Shown: in pieces, positions 12,309-24,400 of the stretch
Layout: each line of letters starts with the position of its first letter
Position numbering within the stretch: position 1 is the first letter of the stretch
Source of the DNA: Felis catus
Taxonomy: Eukaryota
Direction of reading: 5' to 3'
Length of the DNA: 64,000 bases
Assembly (NCBI RefSeq): GCF_018350175.1
Contig: NC_058368.1
Location: forward strand, 107,758,001-107,822,000
Position numbers and translations under genes: made by a program
The notes under the pieces: model-generated
Database searches by the model: none
What the model saw: the letters and a program-made list of their open reading frames with translations, nothing else
Told to the model about the DNA's origin: nothing

Positions 12309-14671
12309 GAAAAAATCCGGAAGACTCCACCAAAAAATTATTAGAATGGATTCACAAATTCAGTAAAGTCTCAGAATGCAAAATCAATATACAGAAATCT
12401 GTTGCATTTCTACACACCAATAATGAAGCAGCAGAAAGAAATTGAGGAATCATTCCTACGTACAAGTCCACCAAAACCCATAAGATATCTAGGAATACAT
12501 GTACTCTGAAAACTATAAAATATTAATGAAAGAAATTGATGAGGAACAACAATAACAAAAAAAAAACAGAAATTGCAGAGGACACAAATAAATGGAAAGA
12601 CATTCCATGCTCATGGATTGGAAGAACAAATATTGTTAAAATGTCTATACTACCCCCAAGCAATCTACACATTTAATGCAATCCCTATCAAAATACCACC
12701 AGTATTTTTCACAGAGCTAGAACAAACAATCCTAAAATTTATATGGACCCTAACTAGGCAAAGCAACCTTGAAGAAGAAAAGCAAAGGTGGAGGCATCAC
12801 AATTTTGGACATCAAATTATATTACAAAGTGATAATGATCAAAACAGTATGGTACTCTCACAAAAATTGACACATAGATTAATGGAACAGAATAGAAAAC
12901 CCAGAAGTTAACCAACAACTGTATGGTCAATTAATCTACAATGCAGGAAAGAATATCCAATGGGAAAAAAAACCAAGTCTCTTCAACAAATGGTGTTGGG
13001 AAAACATGACAGCAACATACAAAATGATGAAACTGACCACTTTCTTACACCATACACAAAAATAAATTCAAAATGGATTAAAGGCCTAAATCTGAGACCG
13101 GAAACCATCAAAATCCTCGAGGAGAACACAGTCTATAACCTCCTTGACACTGGCCACAACAACTTTTTATTAGCTATGTCTCCTGAAGCAAGGGAAACAA
13201 AAGCAAAAATAAACTATTGGAACTTCATTAAAAGGAAAAGCTTCTGCACAGCAAAGGAAATAATCAACAAAACTAAAAAGCAGCCTGTGTAATGGGAGAA
13301 GATAATTTGCAACATATCTGATAAAGGGTTTATTATCCAAACTATATGAAGAACTTATAAAACTTCACACCCAAAAAATGAATAATCAAGTTAAAAATGA
13401 GCAAAATACATGAATAGACATTTTTCCAAAGAAGACATACAGATGACCAGCAGACACATGAAAAGATGCTCAACATCATTCATCATCAGGGAAATGCAAA
13501 TCAAAACCACAATGAGATATCACCTCACACCTTCCAGAATGGTTAAAATCAATAACACAAATAACAGGTATTGATGAGGATGTGGAGAAAGGGGAACCCT
13601 CATGCACTGTTGGTGGGAATTCAAAATGGTGCAGTTACTCTGGAAAACAAAAGTATGATGATTCCACAAAAAAATAATAAAAATAAAAATAGAACTACCC
13701 TATGATCCAGCAATTGTACTCCTAGGTGTTTACTCAAAGAATACAAAAATACTAATTCAAAGGGATACATGCACCCCTATATACACGCTGTTTATAGCAG
13801 CATTATCTACCCTAGCCAAACTATGGAAAGAGTTCAAGTGTCCATCAGTTGATGAATGGATAAAGATGTAAATATATATACAATGAAATATTCCTCAGCC
13901 AAAACAAATGAGCAAAAGGAAAACAAATGAAAGAGGCAAATTAAGAAACAGACTCTTAACTATGGAGAACAAATTGGTGGTGACCAGAGAGAGGTGGTGG
14001 GTGGGTGGATGGGTGAAATAGGTGAAGAGGAGTCAGGAGTGCATTTGTTGTGATGAGCACCAGTGTTGTATAGAAATGTTGAATCACTGTATTGTACACC
14101 TGATACTAATGATACACTGTATATTAACTATCTGGAATTAAATAAAAACTTTAAAAATATTTTTAAAACAACACTCAAAAATTGGGTTACGGGAGAGAAT
14201 CTACTACTAAAACTGTATTTCTTTTGAACTTTCTTCAGGTGCATATTTTGTCCTTTACAAGATTACACTTGAATGAGATTTAGCTTTATTTTACTGTCAG
14301 ATCATACTGAATCTAATTGTATGTATTATTGATTTTTTTTTCTTTGCTATAGATTTTCTAGAACCTTGAGAACATTTCAGTGCAAAGCAGGATTGAAGAA
14401 AGGTTAATATAACTAACATATATTAGTGGTACAGAATATGGAGAGCCCAGAAAAAAACCATAGTATATGATCAATTAATTCATGAAAAGAGAGCCAACAA
14501 TATACAATGGAGAAAGGAAAGTCTTCAATAAGTAGTTTTGGAAAAACTGGACAACCACATGAAAAAAAGGATCAAACCACTAGACTACGAATCTTATACT
14601 ATGCACAAAAATCAACTCAAAATGGACTAATGAGTTGAACAAAGACCTGAAACCATAATACTCCTAGAAGA

Positions 14672-14866
14672 GGGGTGCCTGGGTGTCTCAGTCGGTTAAG
14701 TATCTAACTCTTGATTTCAACTCAGGTCATGAATGTGAGGTCTGAGGTTGAGCCCCATATTGGGCTCCGTGCTGGGCATGGAACCTGCCTAAGATTCTCT
14801 CTCCACCTCTGTCCCTCCCCCTGCTTGCATGCATTTACTCACTCTCTCTCAAAATAAATTTTAAAA
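14672..14866 (+). mobile_element. Older Can-SINE in L1
   Basis: TSD actcctagaaga on both sides. Confidence 0.93.
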
Positions 14867-15162
14867 ACTCCTAGAAGAAAACATAAACAGTAAGCTCCTT
14901 AATATTGGTCTTGACATTGATATTTTTTGGCTTTGACACTTAAAGGCAACAAAAGCTAAAATGAACAAATGGGACTACATCAAACTACAAAGCTTCTGTA
15001 CAGCAAAGAAAACCATCAACAAAATGGGAAGGCAATGTGTGGGATTGCAGAAAGTATTTGCAAATCCTATATCTGATAAGGAGTTAATATCCAAAACGGA
15101 TAAAGAACTCTTGTGCTCAACATCAAAAAGACAAACAATTCTATTTAAAATGGGCAGAGGTT

Positions 15163-15379
15163 GGGGTGCCTGGGTGGCTCAGTCGGTTAAGCGTCCGACT
15201 TCGGCTCAGGTCACGATCTCACGGTCTGTGAGTTCAAGCCCCGCGTCAGGCTCTGTGCTGACAGTTCAGAGCCTGGAGCCTGTTTCCGATTCTGTGTCTC
15301 CCTCTCTCTCTGCCCCTCCCCTGTTCACGCTCTGTCTCTCTCTGTCTCAAAAATAAATAAACGTTAAAAAAAAAAATTT
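15163..15379 (+). mobile_element. Can-SINE (SINEC_Fc) in L1
   Basis: Flanking repeat atttaaaatgggcagagg (15143-15160 / 15376-15393). Confidence 0.96.
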
Positions 15380-16919
15380 AAAATGGGCAGAGGACTTGAA
15401 CAGACGTTTTTCCAAAGAAGACATAGAGATGACCAATAGACACATGAAAAATGTTCCACATCACTAATCATCAAGGAAATTCAAATCAAAACCATAATGA
15501 GATGTCCCTCACACCTTCAGAATGGCTATTATCAAAAAGACAAGAAACAGCAAGTGTGAGGATGTGGAGAAAAGGGAAATCCCATAAACTGTTTCAGCCA
15601 TTATCAAAAACAGTATTGAGGTTCCTCAAAAAATTACAAATAGAGCTAGCACATGGTCCAGCACTTCCACTTCTGGGTTTTTATCCAAAAGAAATGAAAA
15701 CACTAACTTGAAAGATGTATGTACCCCCATGTTCACATTATTTACAATAGCCAACATATGGAAGCAATCTTAAGTGTCTCTCAGTGCACAGATGGATAAA
15801 GAAAATATGTGTGTGTGTATATGTATATACATTATTCAGCCATAAAAAGTAATGAAACCTTGCCACTATATGCAACACCATGGATCACCTTGAGGGCATG
15901 TTGCTAAGTGAATGGGTCAGACCGAGAAAGACAAATACCATATGATTTCAGTTATATTTGTAATCTGAAAAAACAAAAAACAAACTTTATATATACAGAG
16001 GACAGACTGATAGTTTCCAAAAGCAGGGGCCAAAGGGTACAAACTTCCAGTAGTAAAATAAATAAGTCCTGGAGATATAATGTGCAATATGGTGAGCATA
16101 GTTAATAATTCTGTATGGTATATTCAAAAGTCGCTAAGACAGTAGATCTTGAAAATTTTCATCACCAGAAAAAATATTTGTGTGCTGATGGATACTAACT
16201 AGACTTATTGTGGTAATCATTTCACAGTGTATACAAATATCAAATCAATATGTTTTATATCTGAAATTAATATAATCTATATGTTGATTATATCTCACAT
16301 TTAAAAATAAAGAAATTACTTGCTTGTACTGGAAAAAACAAGAAAGGTTAATGTACTCTACCTTTATAGGTTTCTCGTTTTTAGCTTTAAGAACAACTTA
16401 TGCTATGGTTGCATTGCTTATCTTTTCGAATGACTTTATTTATAATCATCACAGCTACCACATCCTGTTTGATGGATTTGAACCTATACTAACTAGACAC
16501 ATTATTAATGGGTAGTGCCAGTATCTCAGTGATTCCCCTGATAATTAGGTATGTGCTGATCATTATATAAAAATACTACTTTGTAACTGTGCCATCACTG
16601 CAAGTGGAGAATCTTCTAGATCTTGGAAATAGAATAACTTTTGTTATTATTATGTTATTTTATTATCTAGGCCTTGGAATAATTTGTGGTGCCTAATCAT
16701 GTGTTCATGAGAAAGGACTATATATTTCAAAGCAGCTTTTCTTAAGCTCTTTGGCTGCATTTAGATGCCTGGCAACAAAGTGTTATAACATTTAAAATTA
16801 TAGTTATGAAGAAATTTGCTGATTGTTCTTGTAGGGCTAGGTAGGGAAATGTAGGTAAACACACAAGCTTGGAGTACTTCTGGACTCATGAATGTTTAAT
16901 CTCATTCTAATTGGAAGTC

Positions 16920-17330
16920 ACTTTAGGTAGTGGTTAAGCACATGGGATCTGGGCTCTAGTTGTTTAGGTTAAATACATGACATCTAGACTTACAGCTTCT
17001 CTTTAAAATCATGCTCTGCCGGGGCACCTGGGTGGCTCAGTCGGTTAAGCGGCCGACTTTGGCTCAGGTCACGATCTCGCGGTCTGTGAGTTCGAGCCCC
17101 GCGTCGGGCTCTGTGCTGACAGCTCGGAGCCTGGAGCCTGTTTCAGATTCTGTGTCTCCCTCTCTCTGACCCTCCCCCGTTCATGCTCTGTCTCTCTCTG
17201 TCTCAAAAATAAACGTTAAAAAAAAAAATTAAAAAAAAAGTCATGCTCTGCCACTTGCTATTTGATTTGGAAATTCCATAACTTCTGTATATCTTGGTTT
17301 TCTCATCTGTAGAAGAGAAATACCTGCCTC
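16920..17330 (+). mobile_element. MIR interrupted by a SINE
   Basis: 'gtagtggttaagcacatggg..' and 'tctgccacttgct..ttaacttctgtatatcttggttttctcatctgtag'. Confidence 0.6.
17021..17240 (+). mobile_element. Can-SINE (SINEC_Fc)
   Basis: TSD tcatgctctgcc (17009-17020 / 17241-17252). Confidence 0.96.
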
Positions 17331-17659
17331 TTCTTAATTAATCCCCCTTATCCTCCTGCTTTTTTAAATATCTACTTCAGTTTCATTGGCTCCTTATGTC
17401 TCTCATGATAAAGTCCAACATGTATTATTTGTACAAATGGCTCTTCCCAAGAAGTAAATCATAATTAAAACAATTGTATCAGTTGGGGTTCTGTCAGGAA
17501 AGTGGAACCACTATGATGATATGAAAGAAGGGATTATTCCAGTAAAAATTTAATATTGTTTTATACATGAATGCCTTTTGAATTCTAGCTAATATTTTGC
17601 TGTTTATTTTAAGATCTTTATTTGGTTTCTGTGAATTCAGCGGATTGAGGTGATAGAAT

Positions 17660-18400
17660 AAAACATCACAAATGTCCAAGGCACATTTGATGATCTATTG
17701 TATTATAAAATTGACGTTTCAAATCAGTGTAGAAAATATAAAGTATTCAATAAATATTTTTGAGGAAATTAGTTATCTGTTAGTAAAGAATTAAGGTTAT
17801 TTTCCTACTACATGTTTTTCACAAAAATAAATCCTGTATGTGATAAAGGCTTTATATCAAAAACCTAAACTATCAAAGTAACAGTAGAAGACATCTGACT
17901 GTGTTTAAGTTGGGATAGCATAAACCTTATTAGACAAGGTACAAAAGCTGTAAACAAGTGATAAATTGGATGTCAAATTTAAAGGCTTATTTATAAAAAG
18001 ATATAATAAACGACAGACTGGGATAAAATATTAGCAATATATGTCATGGAAATTGGATTCATATCGAGACTATATAAAAATTCCAGAGGTCAAACAGAAC
18101 TGATGAACACAGGGCAGGGAAGCAAAAATAATATAAAAACAAGGAGGGGACAAAACATAAGGAACTCTTAAATATGGAGAACAAACAGAGGGTTACTGGA
18201 GGGATTGTGGGAGAGGAGATGGGCTAAATGGGTGAGGGGCATTAAGGAATCTATCCCTGAAATCGTTGTTGCGCTATATGCTAACTAACTTGAATATAAA
18301 TTCTAAAAAAAAAAAAAAAAAAGTTAAAAAAAATTCCAGAAGTCAAGAAGAAAAAAAATAAAACTAGTAGCAAGATGGAAAAAGGCTATGAACAAGGTAC
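17660..18400 (+). mobile_element. Ancient L1M ORF2 fragment
   Basis: 'tattcaataaat..cacaaaaataaatcc..gactgggataaaatattagcaatatatg' follows L1 ORF2 3' order. Confidence 0.6.
18094..18328 (+). mobile_element. 5'-truncated felid L1 3'UTR end
   Basis: 'ctcttaaatatggagaacaaacagagggttactggaggg..gggcattaaggaatcta..' plus poly(A); TSD aaaaattccaga(g/a)gtcaa (18076-18093 / 18329-18346). Confidence 0.9.
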
Positions 18401-18521
18401 ATAGGGAGTTGTTAATAGTGGTTACCTGGTACAAGGGACCTGGGATTTGGAGAAGTAATAAAAGAGAGATTTAGTTTTGTATATAGAATTATGATGTTTT
18501 TTACAAGAATAATGTATTCAT

Positions 18522-18705
18522 GGGGCTCCTGAGTGGCTCAGTTGATTAAGCATCCGACTCTTGATTTTGGCTCAGGTCACGATCTCACAGGTTCATGAGT
18601 TTGAGCCCTGAATTCTGTTCCTCCCCTGCTTGCGCTCTCGCTCTCTCGCTCTCTCTGTCTCTCTCTTGCCCTCGTCCTCTCTCAAAATAAATAAACTTTT
18701 TAAAA
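18522..18705 (+). mobile_element. Can-SINE with internal deletion
   Basis: TSD aagaataa(t/c)gtattcat (18505-18521 / 18706-18722). Confidence 0.92.
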
Positions 18706-18789
18706 AAGAATAACGTATTCATGAATTACTTGTTTTTAAAATATTCCAGATATATTTTGTCTTTATGTGTGGAGCAAATAACTTATTTA

Positions 18790-19060
18790 GCTGTTTCTAA
18801 TTAGGGACAGTTAATTAATTTCCCAATTTTTGCTGTCCAAAGACCACTGCAATGAATATGCTTTATATCTCTTTAAGAACATGAGGGAGATTTCTCCTTA
18901 AGATGGACTCTAAGAATGGAACTGCTGGCTCATAGTATACTCTCATGTTTAAAGTTTAGAAGGTATGGCCAAATTGCTTTTCAAAGTGCCTGTGACAGTA
19001 TTCTAGCAATCAGTATATGTCTGTTCTAGTTTTTCTAGACTCTTGCCAACAGTTGATATA
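18790..19060 (-). mobile_element. Ancient L1ME-type fragment
   Basis: 'ttttgctgt..ctgcaatgaatat..aatggaactgctggctcatag..gccaaattgcttttcaaagtg..tcttgccaaca'. Confidence 0.6.
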
Positions 19061-20900
19061 CTCATTCAAAATAGAAATATGACAAAAAAATAAAACAAAA
19101 ATAAAAAATATGACAGCTCAATGGAAATATGGGCAAAGGCTCTGAATAATCATTTAGAGAAAAACAAACAATGGCCAGTAAACATGTGGAATTATGCTTG
19201 TCCTCACTCTTCATCGTGAAAATACAAACTATAACAACTGTGAGGTACCTTTTTTCAACCATCTGTTTGGCAAAAAAAAAAAATTTTTCTTAAGTCCTTA
19301 GGATTTTACAGTATGCATGCCAATATTCTCACTATCCAGCAAAGTGAGATAAAAGACTTTGTGTTTTTTGAAATTAGAAAAAAGTTTTACTTAAAGTAGT
19401 AAAGAAATGGCCCATGGAACTTGTACAGAGAAGTGAATAAAGATCAGTCAAATGTTGTTGGAAGCCAAATACATCCACGCTCTGTCAGCAGACTGCAGGC
19501 CGCAGTGGTCTTCCTGTTATTACCATCAAAGTGAATGGAAGCAGAAAAAGTTGAGACTACGTACTAAGAATTGGCATACACACACATATACACACACCGT
19601 AGAATTGGGTAGAGTAATTCTCATCTCAGTGATCATTGTAGAAGATGTTGCAGAATCAGGTTGAAATGTTAGCGTCCCCTGGAGAAAAAAATGGGTGATT
19701 GAGGATCTCCTGGATATTTTTTGAGAGGGCAGGAGAGAGATGTTTCAAAGCAAACTCATAGGGCTTCCTGTTTTTGTAACCAGTGTAAGAAAGATACGAA
19801 TTTAATGGAGTGTTCCATTTGTCTGGGAAGTCATAGCATAATGTTGAAAAAGTTGCAAGAGGTTCTGAGAATTTGGAAAGTGAACTGGGTCCTAAAGGCA
19901 GTGTTTTCAGGGCCCTGCAATGTTAAATTAAACCTTGCAAAACTAACTGGTCCACTTGCTTGGAATTATGGCCCGTAACTTTCAGGATATATCTCAAAAT
20001 GCCAGTGCAGCCACAGTCTTAGTTGAGTAATGTTGTGAAAAGCAATATTGGACAGCGAGTTCCAATCACTGCCATATTTTTTTTTAATTAGAAATCAACC
20101 TGTATCTTGGGCATATTGTGGACTAGAATTTCCAAAGGAAATTGTGGGAGTGAGATAATTAAGTACATATCTGAAATAGCCTGCTGAAATTTCCACAGTC
20201 AAATCAGAAATAGATGTGCTCATTGGGTACAGTCTAAACCTCTCTAGGTAATCAGCCGATTTTTCCATCAGCCGACTGAGGAGCAATGTGTTGTTACTTT
20301 CCTAATATATTACCCACGTCCTAGCATGATGCTGCCGAGAGAAGAAAGGAAAAGAAGGCAACTTCTCGTATGCCTAATGCACAGGTATAGAATGGAGATG
20401 GGTTTAGGAGTTAAGTTCAGAGGAGGGTGGCCTTCTCTCTCCATAAATGGGACATGGGCTGTGCAAAAGAAACACTGAATAGAATTGTAATGCCATGAAA
20501 TTTCCAGAGCATTCTTCAGAAGTTCACTTTTTATTAATTTATGAATTAAAAAACCATACTATACTGGTATTTCAAAATCCTATGTGTACATGGTAAATGT
20601 GGGTTATTGTGAACTGAGGAGTGAAAGGAGCAAGGTTAGTTACACTATACCTTGAGTTCAGGATACTCTTTACCGAAAGAATGAGGAATGGTGGTTATTG
20701 TCAGTTGCATTTGACTGAGGAAGGTAAGGCAGCTTTTCTCCAGACTTACCTCACGGAGATAAATTTCATGGGATTTTTCTAAAGTAAAGTTTTATTTCAT
20801 AAATTGACGAGGAGGGATGATGGAATCTAAAGATGTTTGGAGGTGCTGCTGTAATTAGATAAAATGTTTGTACTTGAGACTATAAAAGAGCCCTGGGAGA

Positions 20901-21057
20901 GAAGCTCCTGGGTGGCTCAGTTCATTAAGCATCTGACTTCAACTCAGGTCACGATGTTGCGGTTTGTGGGTTTGAGCCCCATGTTAGGCTCTGTGCTGAC
21001 AGCTCAAAGCCTGGAGTCTGCTTTGGATTCTGCCTCTCTCGCGTGCTCGCTTGCTCT

Positions 21058-21099
<42 letters not shown>

Positions 21100-21425
21100 G
21101 CCCCTCCCCCGCTCAATCTCTCCTCTCCCCCACCTGCTTTCTGCCCGCCCCTTGCTGTCTACCCCTCCCCCACTCAGGCGCACTCTGGCGCACTCTCTCT
21201 CTGTTTCTCTCAAAAATGAGTGAATATTGGAGCGCCTGGGTGGCTCAGTCGGTTATGCGCCCGACTTCCGATCGGGTCATGATTTCATGGTCATGAGTTC
21301 GAGCCCCGCGACGGGCTCTCTGCTGACAGCTCAGAGCCTGGAGCCTGTTTCAGATTCTGTGTCTCCCTCTCTCTGACCCTCCCCCGTTCATGCTCTGTCT
21401 CTTTCTGTCTCAAAAATAAATAAAC

Positions 21426-21456
<31 letters not shown>

Positions 21457-21469
21457 GAATATTAAAAAA
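20901..21469 (+). mobile_element. Can-SINE with expanded pyrimidine tract (host of a nested SINE)
   Basis: Head at ~20901; degenerate TSD aaaagagccctgggaga / aaaagtccgggaga. Confidence 0.9.
21229..21456 (+). mobile_element. Can-SINE nested in the tail of the previous SINE
   Basis: TSD gaatatt (21222-21228 / 21457-21463); long pure poly(A). Confidence 0.95.
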
Positions 21470-21789
21470 AAAAGTCCGGGAGAAACAACCAAAGGTGCCA
21501 GAGTGTGTTGAGAAGTGGATTATCCCTGAAATTTCTATGGAAAGTATGCATGGAACATGTAGTTTTTAATAGAGAAAAAGTACAGTTCCACAACAGCTCT
21601 AGAGAACTGAAACTGTTGATGGGATCTAGTTGATACCATAGATCAAAGAAGGCCCTAGACAAACAAAAACAACTTTCTTACTAGTTGCCTCAAGGATACC
21701 TTATCAGTACAGAGCCTTCATTCCTATGAGTCTGCAGCCATGGGCTTTGAACATAAGGTCCACATTGGTGGGTACAGAGTAATTCACAT

Positions 21790-22470
21790 GTATAATGACT
21801 TTTTTGGTTTTTTTTACATACTAATATAATTAAGGCTACATAAGACCTATGTATTTTGACTTTCTTGTCAAAATAAGCCTGGCCCTCCCCACAAATAATC
21901 TATTTTATCTTTATTCCCACCTTTATCTCCAAATTGGTGGAATTTTATAAAGATATATATGTGTGTTTGTGTATAAATATCTTTATTTATAAAGATATAT
22001 ATACATATGTACACATGTACACATATACCTATTTCACATGTATATACATATGAAATCTATTTTTTGTCATTGTTTTGCAAAACAAACTTTTTTTCATGGA
22101 AAACTTTCTGTGAATTTGGTAAAACTCTAATTTTTTTGTTTTCATGTCACCATCATATTTTATGATATGGTATAAACTGTGTATGGTCATTCTAATATTG
22201 ACAGATAACAAATTTGTCTTCAGGTTTTGTCCAGTACAAATAATTTCATAATAAATATCCTGCACCAATGTCTCTTCAGACTGAAATATTTCATTTCTAT
22301 GGAATAGATTCTTAGGAGTTGAAAGCTGGATGAAATGATATAAGTGTTTTTAATTTTAATAGATGTTTACAAGTGTAATAGTTCATGCTTGTTAACATAT
22401 GAGAGTACCTTTTCTGTATAACCATACCAGAAGTGGTTGTTCTAGCTCTTTTCAATTTTGGCAGTTCAGT
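21790..22470 (-). mobile_element. Ancient L1ME-type 3' fragment with TA-rich low complexity
   Basis: 'ttctatggaatagattcttaggagttgaaagctggatga..ttttaattttaatagatg..tttcaattttggcag'. Confidence 0.55.
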
Positions 22471-22589
22471 GGTTTTTTGAAGAGGCATATTAATGGAGTC
22501 GGTATACAAATCTCCTAGTCCGTGTATTCAATGCTACTAGAAATGTTACCACTGGAGTCTCATTTCTCAAAGTTTAAGGACACCTGGAT

Positions 22590-23990
22590 ATCTATTGTGT
22601 GGTTTGTCGTATGTGACAAGGGGACAAAAGGGACCAATTTCTTTAATATAGACCTCTAACTTAAGCACTAAACTTTAAGTAGCTTATTGATTGTTGGATA
22701 TGATGGATCAGCATAATAATATGCAGTGGAAGAAAGAAGACCAAGCACTATGATACCAAGAGAAATAACCTTGGAGAGCTGAATTTTGCTATGAATTTAT
22801 GGTTCTGGGGAGGCGTAAAGTAGCTGACTGCTCAAAGTCTCCTTATATTCTCTACTGGGTTGCTTAAGCTCCCCATCACTTATAAAGTGCACCAGGAGGC
22901 TGGGATGGGATCTTTAAAGGCATGAAGAATAGAAGATCCATGCTTTATAGGATATACCCAGATTAACAGGCAGGCTTCTCTGCCATTAGAGAAAAAAAAA
23001 AACAACTCTATTCTCTCTGAAAAAAGAGAGTAGAATGATGGTAGAGGAGGAGACTGAGTAAGAGGTCTTGGGTAGGGATAGGAAAGCTATACCTTCAACA
23101 CAGAGAGGCAGATAGCCTCTTTGACAGTTCTTGAGCAGGGGACAATGGCAGTACAGCCCAAGAGAACAGCCAGTGTATCTTGTACACGGTGATAGAGGTT
23201 GGTATGTGGAGACTTTAAGGAGCTCCAAAGTGGAAAGGCAAATGGAAGATCATATAGAACAGACTCTTAAGAGCTAAATATGCCAGGGAATTTACTGCTG
23301 GTGTTAGGGAACAGAAGAACACTGCAGCCCATCTTTAACCACTAGGAAGAGCTAGTGTGAGAGCCCTTTATGAGAGCTTAGTGAAATCCATCAGAAGAAT
23401 GTGGCAGAATGGAACTGTTTTCCTCTCTCACACTCGACCTTTCTAACATACATAGCCTGGCTGGTAGAAGCCAGGGAGGCAAAAGGAGCTCTCCTAGTTA
23501 AAGAACAGATAGAAAATTTTAAATATCATAACTCCCAGGAGAACTGCTGAGAGAAGATTCATCTTCACAGTCTAAAAAATGTCTGATTACCTCATTAGGT
23601 TCCAGGGAACCTTGAATTCTCTTTCCCACTCCCACTTAGTTATACTCACAATGAAACCAACTCAACCCATTTAATTGATATCCTCTAGAAGAGGCTAAAA
23701 GACAGTGGGGCTTTTGGAGGAGAGGAGCAAAGAAAAGACAGAGAATTCCTTGTTAGGAAGCATTTATTTCTCTAAATGCTAGACGTGGTGGTCATATGCG
23801 AGCTTCAGAGTGTAGCATGGGGGACTCAGACCAGTTGAAGGCCTGAATTTTGGTTGAACAGCCTACAGCATCTCACTGCAGAACCTCTATATTCATGTGG
23901 TTTTCAAAAAAGTTGGAAGGTATGCTGGAACCTAAATTAGAGAACTGACCTGTGAATTCTTTTAGACTTAGTGTGAGTCCCAAGTTGCAT
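22590..23990. mobile_element. Possible long ancient LTR (LTR78-like)
   Basis: ~1.4-kb purine-rich block ending 'tgtgagtcccaagttgca', reminiscent of old eutherian LTR ends; weak recall only. Confidence 0.3.
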
Positions 23991-24007
23991 AATAATGAAT
24001 ATCCTCT

Positions 24008-24178
24008 GGGGCGTCTGTGTCGCTCAGTGGGTTAAGCCTCCAGCTTCTGTTCAGGTCATGATCGCATGGTTCATGGATTCGAGCCCCGTGTCAGGCTTTG
24101 TGCTGACAGCTTGGAGCCTGGAACCTGCGGGTTCTGTGTTTCCTTCTCTCTCTGCCCCTGTCCCACTCATGTCTGTCT
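24008..24178 (+). mobile_element. Can-SINE lacking its 3' tail
   Basis: Head and body present, ends in the CT tract; no AATAAA, poly(A) or TSD. Confidence 0.9.
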
Positions 24179-24239
24179 AGGCATATAGGTCTGGGGCTCT
24201 GTTCATAAACACTATTTAGTGTTTTCTAAAAACTGAAAG

Positions 24240-24400
24240 TTTTTCCAGTTGCCTTACATATGTTATCCATTGTAATTCCATCCAGGCCCTAGCCCAGTTT
24301 ATACAACTCAACCTCAGAGTGGGTAAGTAACTACCCCAAGGTCACACGCACCGGGAGCAATGGAGCAGAATTTCAGTGCAGGTCTGCCTGATTCTCACTT
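24240..24400 (-). mobile_element. MIR fragment
   Basis: 'cagagtgggtaagtaactaccccaaggtcacac..ggagcagaattt..caggtctgcctgattc'. Confidence 0.65.

Larger units (their letters stand above)
9786..13870 (+). pseudogene. L1 ORF2 remnant (APE endonuclease + reverse transcriptase), multiply disrupted
   Basis: ORF fragments 9786-10085 (EN), 10883-11128, 11548-11799 (RT), FADD codons at 11891-11902, 12573-12911, 12960-13292; many stops and frameshifts. Confidence 0.92.
7455..14165 (+). mobile_element. Near full-length carnivore LINE-1, inactive
   Basis: 5'UTR-like region, ORF1 and ORF2 remnants (endonuclease [28 protein letters not shown] and FADD), 3'UTR with G-rich tract and AATAAA/A-rich end; degenerate TSD aaaaatggattac / aaaaattgggttac. 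Confidence 0.95.
14400..16310 (+). mobile_element. 5'-truncated older L1 (ORF2 3' part + 3'UTR; L1MA/L1_Carn-type)
   Basis: ORF 14961 MNKWDYIKLQSFCTAK; 3'UTR 'aataagtcctggagatataatg..gtatacaaatatcaaatca..' and A-rich end. Confidence 0.9.

Noticed and set aside
9786..13292. Endonuclease/reverse transcriptase ORFs as an active or novel RT system
   Set aside because: Ordinary L1 ORF2 fragments with stops, frameshifts and SINE insertions
21944..22050. 10-bp perfect hairpin atatctttat-tt-ataaagatat in a TA-rich tract
   Set aside because: Expected in TA low-complexity sequence within an old L1
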